This document shows positions 25,575 through 36,072 of a DNA stretch of 64,000 nucleotides, piece by piece. Origin of the DNA: Haliotis rufescens (Eukaryota); contig NW_025964235.1 in assembly GCF_023055435.1 (NCBI RefSeq), forward strand, positions 930,001-994,000. Reading direction: 5' to 3'. The first letter of the stretch is position 1; every line of letters begins with the position of its first letter. Position numbers and translations under genes: made by a program. The notes under the pieces are model-generated. The model worked only from the letters and a program-made list of their open reading frames with translations, did no database searches and was not told the origin of the DNA.

Positions 25575-25855
25575 GTGAGTGAGTGAGTTTGGTTTAACGC
25601 CGCTTTTAACAGTATTTCAGTTATATCACGGCGTGTCAGCTTAATGTGGGAGGAAAGCCCGAAGTAATGCAGGTCTCAGACGTTTACCACTTCGGTGAAA
25701 CCCACGAGCACGGATACGGTGCTGACAAACCTAGAAACATAATCGGGGCGAACCGGGATTCGAACCTACAATCATAGGTTTCTGGCGTGCCCAAGGGAAG
25801 GCAACTCTGCACAGCGAATCGCGGCGCCTTAGACGACTGGGCCACCCGTGCCCCC
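25575..25855 (-). mobile_element. Full-length tRNA-derived SINE 'X' (left boundary of the triplication)
   Basis: Minus strand starts GGGGGCACGGGTGGCCCAGTCGTCTAAGGCGC (A box), has B box GGTTCGAATCC and an (ACTC)n tail; 14-bp TSD gtattt(a/t)atactga at 25561-25574 and 25856-25869. Confidence 0.88.
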
Positions 25856-26104
25856 GTATTTTATACTGACAACTACCATTTATTGCCATTGAATATTGTA
25901 TAACCACGCATTGTTTACTGCCATTGTAATCGCTGTGCAGTAATTTGTGTTCATATGTAAATTCAGTGAATTTTGTGGATCGTTTGTTGGTTTCACACTA
26001 AGTTCTTTTACGTACAGATTTCTGGATAAACATATTGTTTTCAATTTGGGAATCGACACGTAATGATATGAATCGGAATTTCTGCTCGGATTGTCAAAAC
26101 AAGG

Positions 26105-26345
26105 TAATTTGGCCAAGAAGTTTAAGTTCAGGTATATCGATGATCTGATATCGTTCAATCCATCAATCAGCCAATTCCCTTCCACTGAGTTACCCATCTA
26201 AACTAGAAACCAGTGAGACTGCTGAATCTGTTTCATATTTAAATATATGCATGAAATTTCAGAACCACAAAACACTCACCACGAGGCTGCATGACTGGAG
26301 GGATGACTTCAACTTTCGACTAGTAAACGTTCCCTTTATGGAAAG
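26105..26345 (+). pseudogene. Penelope-like RT remnant (copies at ~37410-37640 and ~51060-51275)
   Basis: FRYIDDLISFN..YPSKLE..SVSYL..TRLHDWRDDFNFRLVN(F)PFM matches PLE motifs FRYIDD and LYDKRDDFNF.IVNFPF. Confidence 0.8.
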
Positions 26346-26710
26346 GGTATTGTCGCATTTATTTATATGCTAAGCACAATTAGAGACGTTCGTGATGTGT
26401 TTCTCCAGGCACTTCAAATATGACTCTCAAGTTGCTGCCATCGTCACTTGGGCAGACAATACATTCATCTACTTCCAGATTTGCAGCATACCCACGTAGA
26501 CGCGGAGACGTTGATTTACCGTGACATTGCGTCAGCGTTATTTGCGGTTAAACAAAACTGTTTCATGGGCACCTGATAGCTAAACAGTCATTATGCGCTG
26601 TTCACATTAGAAAACAACACACAACACGTGTGTGAGTATCATGGTCCGAAGAAGCACTCAATCATCTGGTCTAGATTCGATTACTCACAGACTGACGTCA
26701 TATCTACTGC

Positions 26711-26872
26711 CGACAACACATATGGGATCTCGACAACACACATGGGAACTCGACAACACATATGGGAACTCGACAATACATATGGGAACTCGACAACACA
26801 TATGGGAACTCGACAACACATATGGAAACTCGACAACACATATGGGAACTCGAACAACACATATGGAAACTG
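26711..26872. repeat. 20/21-bp minisatellite (unit B 38004-38244, unit C 51636-51757)
   Basis: Unit cgacaacacatatgggaact. Confidence 0.95.
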
Positions 26873-26989
26873 GTGAAATAAAAATGAAGATGTAATGACA
26901 ATAAATGTCTGAAAAATTTATTTCGGTTGTGTAGATCAATATCATGCACGACACCTTGATGGTATAATGTTGATTAACTTGTGCATGAT

Positions 26990-27300
26990 TGCCCTTGGCA
27001 TTGCCCGCCATTACGCCCGAAGAGCTACCCAGACTGGGATCAACGTATCGCTGCCCAGTCTAATATCCATTCATAATAACGAAATCAGTTCGCTTGCCAT
27101 GTGTGATACTTTCCCCATACCGATCATGGTCAAGAATTGTTGCCTTGGCCAATCCCAATCTTTGCCGGCTGTGGTAAGCTGTAATGGTCACACCCTTCAC
27201 AGGACGCCTTGCTTTCAGGCGGGCTGCACAGAGTCAGCTTTTATCTGTAGAGTCGCATTCCTGTTATTGTACGGAATCCACTATTGACAGCAGATTTCAA
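26990..27300 (-). pseudogene. Possible decayed Tc1 transposase fragment (also in B and C)
   Basis: Minus strand gives ARLKARRPVKGVTITAYHSRQRLGLAK, like Tc1 'L.ARRP..G..LT..HR..RL.WA'. Confidence 0.5.
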
Positions 27301-27340
27301 TCTATTGCGTGGCATAATGTAATGAGACGATCTTATCCAG

Positions 27341-27920
27341 GTGACACATCATGTCAATCTCCTCATTGACACGTCATGTCAATCTCCTGATTGACACGTC
27401 ATGCCAATCTCATTAGTGACACGTGATGTCAATCTCCTCATTCACACGTCATTTCATTCTCCTTAGTGACACGTCATGTCAGTCTCCTTAGTGACACGTC
27501 ATGTCATTCTCCTCATTGACACATCATGTCAATCTCCTTAGTGACACGTCATGTCATTCTCCTTAGCGACACGTCATGTCAATCTCCTTAGTGACACGTC
27601 ATGTCATTCTCCTTATTGACACGTCATGTAATTCTCCTTAGTGACACGTCATGTCAATCTCCTTAGTGACACGTCATGTCATTCTCATTGACACGTCATG
27701 CCAATCTCCTTAGTGACACGTCATGTCAATCTCCTTAGTGACACGTCATGCCAATCTCCTGAGTGAGACGTCATGTCATTCTCCTCATTGACACATCATG
27801 CCGATCTCCTTAGTGACACGTCATGTCAATCTCCTCATTTACACGTCATGCCAATCTCCTTAGTGACACGTCATGTCAATCTCCTCATTGACACGTCATG
27901 TCAATGTCCTTAGTGACAAG
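27341..27920. repeat. 25-bp minisatellite downstream of the TRIM stop (unit B 38816-39668, unit C 52321-52798)
   Basis: Unit tgacacgtcatgtcaatctccttag. Confidence 0.95.
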
Positions 27921-28280
27921 TCCGGAAAATTATATATTCATTAAGATTAACTTCTGGTCCTGATCGCAAATAACATAAATTTACAAACTTGCTTTACAGA
28001 ATCATTTGTAATCAGTATAACGCCATGAAGGGATGCGTAAAAACCCAGGAAGAATGTGAGAAATCTGTTGTCGAAATAGGAAATTCCATATGCAACAGAT
28101 ATAACAGAACTATTTTTACCACCAATATTTCCCTTTCCTTGAAATCCACTGTCAATGAACAATCCCGAGCTACTTAAAAATGCTGATGTGTATATTCGCC
28201 ACGTTGTTCTCAAGAAAACATTCCACTGATAATATGAATAAAATGGAGCTTAATGCTTCTCAACTGTTTGCTTCATAGCT

Positions 28281-30197
28281 TCATACGGTGTATTTATTTA
28301 TCCCATCTTTAGCATCAATCACATACAGTGATCCCTCCTCATCGAAAGCAACATGACTGGGACAATGCAGCCCATCACGTTTTGTTTTGTACTGAAGACA
28401 TTTTTTACCACTTGAGCTATAAACGCGGACTCCTCCCAAATGGTAGTCCGCAGCGAAAATGGTTCCATCACGTGACACACAAGTCCCATTGGGTTTCCAC
28501 CCAGTATCATATTCCCTACTGCTCCACCTGTCCTTCCCTCCACTTGATAGGACTCTTAGACTTCCACTTCCCCATTCACTCATGACTATATCCCCTTCAG
28601 GGGTGACTGACAGAGACGCCAGGGGGAACCGGATGCTGCAGTCTAAATACTTCTTCAGCGTGCCATCCAGGTTGTAGACGTGAAATCTTTTGTCACCAGG
28701 AATATTGCCAACCACAATCCCAACATCGTCAGACGCAGCTAGACTGTATGTGAAGGGTAGACCTTCATCTGGTTTATTCTTGTTCAGTTTGACCTTTGTT
28801 CGTAGATGACCCTTTAAAGTGAAAATACACAAATAATTCTCACTGACCACAGCAATGATGTCCCCAGCAACAGCAATTGCACGGGGATAGAATCCATCCA
28901 CGGTGATTTCTTGTTTCAACTTACCACAAGAGTTGATCATCTTGACCTTTTTATTGGCTAGATCTGATATCAACAGCCCAGCACCGAAACTGTATGCCGT
29001 TCCTTTGATGTTAGGGTTCTTTGTATCACCTTTAAATTTTGCAGAAAATGTTCTTTGGAATTTCATATTGTATCTCGATGGAATAGATATGGTCTGTGAT
29101 ACACTGGCTTCACTCTGTGTTGTCTGCTTTTTGTCCTGTTTCTCGTTCTGTTCATCATCCTTTGCAACAGTCAATGCATCCGTCTTGTGAATAGCCATGG
29201 CATGTCCTTTGAGCTGTTGGAGTCTGTCCACAATGGTCGTCTTCAGCATCAGTAACTCGTCATCCTTGCCTGTCTCCAGGATGCTGTCACAGAAGTCAAC
29301 ACAACTGCCAATCCTATTTTTCTGTTGCGAGAGTTCTTGTAACATGGTGTTGTGTTCCTTCTCTATTTCTTTCGTTTCAGTGGAAAGTTTTCTCAGTGAA
29401 TCGTGTTGTCTGCTTTTTATTATGGCAATTTCTCGTTCCGCAGTTTCTTCAATGCGAGATGTTTTTAATTCTCTCTTTTTTTTTAATGCTTTTGTCAAAG
29501 ATAAGATACTCATTTCTTGTTTGGAAACTTCCTTGAATTCTTTGCGAATGATCTCAACCTTAGACTTCATCATTGACTTCAAAAAGCTTACAGCTTCTGT
29601 GATAGGTTGAGTGTTGTGGTCCTTGTGGAGAAAAATAACGCATGCTATACAGACTGGTAAATGACAAGATTGGCAAAAGTATTCCACATCTTTGTCCTGG
29701 TGCTGTTGACATTGAATTCTCTGTAACTGTCTGAACGTTTCATCATGCAGTCCTTCCCTGAGGTCTCCTAAAGAAACAATCTGATGGCCATGTGTTTGGG
29801 TTGAAGCATTGTGTCCATCGGAACAGTCTGTACAGAGGCCATCGCCGCAGTTGAGACACTTCATTTCTGCTGGGGAGGATCGTCCTTTCAACCCACATGG
29901 CGTGCATTGCATTGACTTGGCTGTCTTAGATCTTACAAGTTCAGCGAGTCCATTGATGAAGAAATTATTCTTGAAGGAATCTGCCTCAACTGAAATTGGT
30001 TCTCGACACTCTGGACAGAGTGCTGGTCTTTGTTCAGACTGATGTGACTCTGTGCGCGCGCATATGCACCTAAAGCAGAAGGAATGGAGGCAGGGCAGGA
30101 TTCTGGCATCTGTGATCAATTCTTGACAGATGCCACAAGTCAGGAAGTCATTGTGGTGTAAATCAACAACTGATCGATCTGGTAACGTTCCGGCCAT
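28281..30197 (-). CDS. TRIM-family E3 ligase paralog 3 (unit A), 638 aa
   Basis: Intact ORF with RING, two B-boxes, coiled coil and NHL-like repeats; acceptor tttctttttttcAG|ccaagATG. Confidence 0.93.
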   Translation of the reverse strand: MAGTLPDRSVVDLHHNDFLTCGICQELITDARILPCLHSFCFRCICARTESHQSEQRPALCPECREPISVEADSFKNNFFINGLAELVRSKTAKSMQCTPCGLKGRSSPAEMKCLNCGDGLCTDCSDGHNASTQTHGHQIVSLGDLREGLHDETFRQLQRIQCQQHQDKDVEYFCQSCHLPVCIACVIFLHKDHNTQPITEAVSFLKSMMKSKVEIIRKEFKEVSKQEMSILSLTKALKKKRELKTSRIEETAEREIAIIKSRQHDSLRKLSTETKEIEKEHNTMLQELSQQKNRIGSCVDFCDSILETGKDDELLMLKTTIVDRLQQLKGHAMAIHKTDALTVAKDDEQNEKQDKKQTTQSEASVSQTISIPSRYNMKFQRTFSAKFKGDTKNPNIKGTAYSFGAGLLISDLANKKVKMINSCGKLKQEITVDGFYPRAIAVAGDIIAVVSENYLCIFTLKGHLRTKVKLNKNKPDEGLPFTYSLAASDDVGIVVGNIPGDKRFHVYNLDGTLKKYLDCSIRFPLASLSVTPEGDIVMSEWGSGSLRVLSSGGKDRWSSREYDTGWKPNGTCVSRDGTIFAADYHLGGVRVYSSSGKKCLQYKTKRDGLHCPSHVAFDEEGSLYVIDAKDGINKYTV

Positions 30198-31081
30198 CTT
30201 GGCTGAAAAAAAGAAACATATTTCAATAGAAAGTTGTCTCTATGATGTCAGACTGAAATATTAAGAGACATTGTTTGTGGTCATTGTGGATTGGTTTGGT
30301 ATATACTGGCGGGAAAGAGTATCTGCTTCATATACAGTGGTGTAAATGCTACGTTATTTAAAAAAAACACCAAAAACCCAAATATCATATTTGGTCATTT
30401 GTCTGATCAAAGTATTATCAAAACCCATACCAGGTAACAGAAGACAGAGGGACACGCCCCAAAATAGTGGTAGTGATACAACTTAATTAACAATGTCAAT
30501 ATCGGATCTGACCACCACTTGCGTTGATACATGCGAGGCAGCGGCAGTGTACTGAATACACCAAATGATTAAAAACAGCCTGGGTGATGTTGTTCGAAGT
30601 GCCAACCAAATATTGGCCCATCTGAGTGGGCCCTCACTGGCTGGTTCTGATCTTGTCGTAGGCGTCAATCCATCTCATCCCAGGCATGTACAAAGTGGGG
30701 GAGAGGTCTGGAGGAACATCCGACCATGACAGTACAGCAATGTCATGCTGCCTCAAAAAGCCTATTACAACATGTGCAAAACATGGGCGGGCATTATCCT
30801 GCTACAACGAGACGCTACGTCCCTACATTTGCACAAACGGTAGGACGGTGCATTGATAGATGCATTCAGAATAAATATATTTTTATGAAGCACAGTTTCT
30901 TTTTTTCCGTCAGTATATTTACTATTGTGTTCAGACAGACTCTTAATAAGGAGTGTGCGTGTCTGCAACCAAATCAAAAACCAGCATTTCACTTTTACAG
31001 GTCAGACTTAACTCATACCAACATATAAGATGAGTGAGCATAAGATATATGGATGAACAACTTCTTTATTACAATAAGAAA

Positions 31082-31119
31082 CAACGTTTCGGTGTAGGTT
31101 CTAACACCGTTATCAAGCA
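31082..31119 (-). ncRNA. Penelope-type minimal hammerhead-like motif (same sequence in C 55671-55708; 11-nt deletion in B near 42575)
   Basis: Minus strand GC UUGAUAA C GGUGU-uagaaccu-ACACC GAAAC GUU G, followed by AAUAAA; stem I is weak. Confidence 0.45.
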
Positions 31120-32191
31120 AGTGAGTATAGTTGACAAGTATATATACAGGTTGCAGGCAGTTTTTATACAGTAGAGTAGATATCAGATGTAGATAATAGA
31201 GTAGATATCAGATGTAGATGATAGAGTAGATATCAGATGTAGCTACACTGGAGTGGAGAAGCTTGTTATGTACATCTTATCCTTAGTACTCAAACTTCAA
31301 TACCTCAAAGAAACATATAAGATGGTTGTCAGCAAGACTCTTGGTAGGGTATTGCTTTCCTTATATACAGCGTATACACGACAGAATTTGGGATTCCTGA
31401 CCAATAATTCACCAATTTTGGTTTTTGAGTGAGTTAGTCCGTCATCTCGGTTTAATGCCGGGCTGAAAAGTATTTTAGTTAGCAAGGCGTTTCAGTTGAC
31501 AAGCCAAGGGACATGATTAGGTTGAAGTTGGGATTTCAATGGACCCTTGCGTGGCAAAGACAGACACCCCGCTGAGAGAATTGCGTTGCCACAGAGACAT
31601 GCGTAGGGGTGTTTCCATGGGGAGCGTCTCCGACCCACCTCCACACTATTGACTATAGTGTGTGTTGCACAGCTCTGTTGACTGTTATGAAGCCTCCAGA
31701 CAGAAGTGTGCAATATCCACCATCATAAATCCATCTCATGTTACGTACAAAGTAACATGTTACGTACCCAGTAACATGTATATACATGTCACNNNNNNNN
31801 NNNNNNNNNNNNNNNNNNNNNNNNNNNNNNNNNNNNNNNNNNNNNNNNNNNNNNNNNNNNNNNNNNNNNNNNNNNNNNNNNNNNNNNNNNNNNNNNNNNN
31901 NNNNNNNNNNNNNNNNNNNNNNNNGACACACAGTCACACTACATGCATGTTCTCGCCTACCTGCTCCATCGATCGTCCTAACATAAGGGATACGTCGAAA
32001 ACTCTTACTCTGAAGGCGGCTGATACGTGACTAGGCAGTCACGTGACTATGCTGTTGCATTATGTGCTTTGATACAATCAGACTAACTAGAGAGATAGTA
32101 ACTAGCGAGATAAATTAGAGATTTTACAATGGTAACACATGAATACACAATGCCATTATGAATACACAATGCCATTTAGAAAGTGGTCAAA

Positions 32192-32354
32192 TGTAACACG
32201 TTATATTTGGGATAACACTTTCATAGTAAAGCACAGATTCTCGTACTTTTCTTGGGTTGAGTCCCGTCCGGGATTCGAACCCACTCAGCCAAGAAAAGTA
32301 CGAGAATCTGTTCTTTACTAAGAAAGTGTTATCCCAAATATAACATTTGTTACA
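32192..32354. mobile_element. Foldback element with ~70-bp arms and a B-box-containing loop (unit B 43695-43859, unit C 56823-56987)
   Basis: TGTAACA..gttatatttgggataacactttc..gagt / actc..gaaagtgttatcccaaatataac..TGTTACA; loop cccgtccgggattcgaaccc. Confidence 0.85.
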
Positions 32355-32747
32355 ATTGGTAGTGGTGGTATTTTGTAATAGATACAAGAAGTATTACTAT
32401 TTTTTCGGGTGTTCAAGAGACTTGAGCAATATGTGACACAAGTAAAAGGGTACTACGTCAGGCTAACATTTCAGATAATAGGATCATTGGGATGACTAAA
32501 AAAGGCATAATGCGTGTTCGGTTATGTCAAAAAGCCACCAAGAGTTACTGCCCTTTTGGAGGGGGTAGGACACGCACATTTCCAGGACATTCAGTACGAG
32601 GCAACAAAGTCGCAGGGCTGAATATCCAAAGGAATCAATGATCAAGACAAGAAAATGTAATTTGGAAACCAATATCAGCAGCAAACAAAACCAACTTACA
32701 GGTGTACTACAGCCATTAAAACGTTCATGATGGAGTGGCTGCACGGT

Positions 32748-33595
32748 TAGGTTGAGGTGGTTGTGAGGGTAGGGATTGTATAAGGTGGGGTGGTTGTGAG
32801 GGTAGGGTTTGTATAGGTTTTGGGTGGCTGTACGGGTAGTGTTTGTATAAGGTGGGGTTACTGTGAGGGTAGGGTTTGTATGAGTTGGGGTGACTGTGAG
32901 GGTAGGGTCTGTATAGGTTGGAGGCTGTGAGGGTGGTGTTTGTATGAGGTGGGGTGGCTGTGAGGGTGGGGTTTGTATGAGGTGGGGTGGCTGAGAGGGT
33001 GGGGTTTGTATGAGGTGGGGTGGCTGTGAGGGTAGGGTTTGTATGAGGTGGGGTGGCTGAGAGGGTAGGGTTTGTATGAGGTGGGGTGGCTGTGAGGGTA
33101 GGGTTGTATGAGGTGGGGTGGCTGAGAGGGTGGGGTTGTATGAGGTGGGGTGGCTGAGAGGGTAGGGTTTGTATGAGGTGGGGTGGCTGAGAGGGTGGGG
33201 TTGTATGAGGTGGGGTGGCTGTGAGGGTGGGGTTTGTATGAGGTGGGGTGGCTGAGAGGGTGGGGTTGTATGAGGTGGGGTGGCTGTGAGGGTGGGGTTT
33301 GTATGAGGTGGGGTTTGTATGAGGTGGGGTGGCTGAGAAGGTGGGGTTTGTATGATGTGGGGTGGTTGTGGGTGTAGGGTGTGTATGAGGTGGGGTGGCT
33401 GTGAGGCTGGGGTTTGTATAGGTTGGAGGCTCTGAGGGTCGGGTTGGTAAGGGTTAGGGTGGCTATGAGGGTTGGGTTTGCATGACTTGGGATAGCCGTG
33501 GGGGTAGGGTTTGTTTGAGGTGGAGTGGTTGTGGGGGTTGGGTTTGTATGAGGTGGAGTGGTTGTGGGGGTTGGGTTTGTATGAGGTGGGGAGGC
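32748..33595. repeat. G-rich 33-bp minisatellite, unit A (~0.85 kb)
   Basis: Unit gagggtggggtttgtatgaggtggggtggctgt. Confidence 0.93.
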
Positions 33596-33619
33596 TAGAC
33601 TGAAACTGACATTTCTACA

Positions 33620-34135
33620 ATCACTTACTTCGTCAAAGCTTAATCAGATGTCCTAGCGACATAATCACTTACCATTTACTTAGCAACATTAGATTTCCAC
33701 AACTCTACGACAGTGTTGATCAAGCTCATACCAGCTTCCCGGTTACTCTGCCGGTATCATTGCGATAGTTTTGAGAGCTCCGCCAACGGAGGAGGCTTGA
33801 GTGTAAACGTGTAATCACTTCCTGTAAGGGAGCANNNNNNNNNNNNNNNNNNNNNNNNNNNNNNNNNNNNNNNNNNNNNNNNNNNNNNNNNNNNNNNNNN
33901 NNNNNNNNNNNNNNNNNNNNNNNNNNNNNNNNNNNNNNNNNNNNNNNNNNNNNNNNNNNNNNNNNNNNNNNNNNNNNNNNNNNNAGTTTTAAAATATATA
34001 AAAAAACGAAAACTGTTTTCCTTGGACATTTGTCTGCGAGAAATAGCACATTATTTTTCCTACGCTGCGATGCAAATGTAATTTCTTCCAGTAAAGAAAG
34101 GAGCTTGATTATTTTTTCCCCATGAAAATCCCCTC
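33620..34135 (-). promoter_or_regulatory. Candidate non-coding exon 1 and promoter of the triplicated TRIM (unit B ~47390-48000, unit C ~57670-58126)
   Basis: Two minus-strand GTAAGT donors (33623-33628, 33667-33672), ETS-like CAGGAAGTG (33816-33824), IRF-like AAAACGAAAACT (34003-34014), kB-like GGGGATTTTC (34124-34133). Motif-level evidence only. Confidence 0.4.
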
Positions 34136-34199
34136 AATCCCATCCCTACTGAGAATCAAATGATTGCTCCCTAACTACATATATGACAGTTATTTTAAT

Positions 34200-34320
34200 G
34201 CGGGAGGCTGGCGGTTCGAACCCCACATGGGTAGATTGTGTGAATTCTTTATTATGTCCCCCGTCTTGATATTGCTGTAAATATTGCTACAAGCGGCGTA
34301 TTACCCAACTCACTCAACTC
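34200..34320 (+). mobile_element. Short tRNA-derived SINE family 3 remnant (copies at ~48066-48170 and ~58192-58312)
   Basis: B box ggttcgaacccc, then acatgggta..gatattgctg..aatattgcta..gcggcgta and an (actc) tail. Confidence 0.65.
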
Positions 34321-34699
34321 CCAGAATCACTTAGGAGGTGTATTAAACACTTAAATTTAGATAGATTAAATCTATAGAGATTAAATGAACAACATATGTT
34401 AAAATATCATAAATATAAACCCGAAGGGACAATGAGTAACTATATTATGTTTGAGTGTGTATTTCCAGGATGTGCTGAAGCACAACTGAATGTCTACGTC
34501 AGGATCCCTGAACACACTATTCACAATCACGTCTTGTATCAATACGTCAACAAGAACCAGATAACAGGACATAGAACATTAGGTACTAAAATCATTCTAT
34601 CAGAACGTGTACGTGGAACACAGGATAGGACACAGAACATTAGATATTGTCATCTGTCAGATTGTAACTTAAAAACGTAGAATAGGACAGACTACATCA

Positions 34700-36072
34700 A
34701 ATAATGTCATCTATCAGAAGAATAGGACATGGAACATTAAATAATGTCATCTATCGGAATGTAACTAAAGGACGTGGAATAGGACATAGAACATCAAATA
34801 ATGTCATCTATTTCGGACATAGAACATTAAATAATGTCATCTATTTCGGACATAGAACCTTTAATAATGTCATCTATTTCGGACATAGAACCTTTAATAA
34901 TGTCATCTATTTCTGACATAGAACATTAAATAATGTCATCTATTTCGGACATAGAACATCAAATAATGTCATCTATTTCGGACATAGAACATCAAATAAT
35001 GTCATCTATTTCTGACATAGAACCTTTAATAATGTCATCTATTTCGGACATAGAACCTTTAATAATGTCATCTATTTCTGACATAGAACATTAAATAATG
35101 TCATCTATTTCGGACATAGAACATCAAATAATGTCATCTATTTCGGACATAGAACATCAAGTAATGTCATCTATTTCGGACATAGAACCTTTAATAATGT
35201 CATCTATTTCGGACATAGAACCTTTAATAATGTCATCTATTTCGGACATATAACATCAAATAATGTCATCTATTTCGGACATAGAACATCAAATGATGTC
35301 ATCTATTCAGGACATCGAACATCAAATAATGTCATCTTTTTCGGACATAGAACATTAAATAATGTCATCTATTTCGGACATAGAACATTAAATAATGTCA
35401 TCTATTTCTGACATAGAACATTAAATAATGTCATCTATTTCGGACATAGAACATCAAATAATGTCATCTATTTCGGACATAGAACATCAAATAATGTCAT
35501 CTATTTCGGACATAGAACATCAGATAATGTCATCTATTTCGGACATAGAACATCAAATGATGTCATCTATTCAGGACATCGAACATTAAATAATGTCATC
35601 TATTTCAGACATCGAACATTAAATAATGTCATCTATTTCGGACATAGAACAACAAATGATCTCATCTATTCAGGACATCGAACATTAAATAATGTCATCT
35701 ATTCAGGACATAGAACATCAAATGATCTCATCTATTCAGGACATCGAACATTAAATAGTGTCATCTATTTCGGACATCGAACATTAAATAATGTCATCTA
35801 TTTCAGACATCGAACATTAAATAATGTCATCTATTCAGGACATCGAACATTAAATAATGTCATCTATTCAGGACATAGAACATCAAATGATGTCATCTAT
35901 TCAGGACATCGAACATTAAATAATGACATCTATTAAGGACATTAAACATTAAATAATGTCATCTATTCAGGACATTAAACATTAAATAATGTCATCTATT
36001 CGGGACATAGAACATCAAATGATGTCATCTATTCAGGACATCGAACATTAAATAATGTCATCTATTTAGGAC
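34700..36072. repeat. 33-bp AT-rich minisatellite (unit B 48548-49720, unit C 58677-59120)
   Basis: Unit aataatgtcatctatttcggacatagaacatca. Confidence 0.95.

Noticed and set aside
25745-25855. tRNA gene
   Set aside because: No proper cloverleaf; it continues into a SINE body with tail and TSD.
28903-30042. Plus-strand ORFs conserved in A, B and C
   Set aside because: Antisense shadows of the TRIM CDS, conserved only because the duplication is recent.
30500-30870. Small intronic ORFs (61-159 aa) repeated in each unit
   Set aside because: Frames differ between units; at most a faint Tc1-like remnant, too degraded to call.
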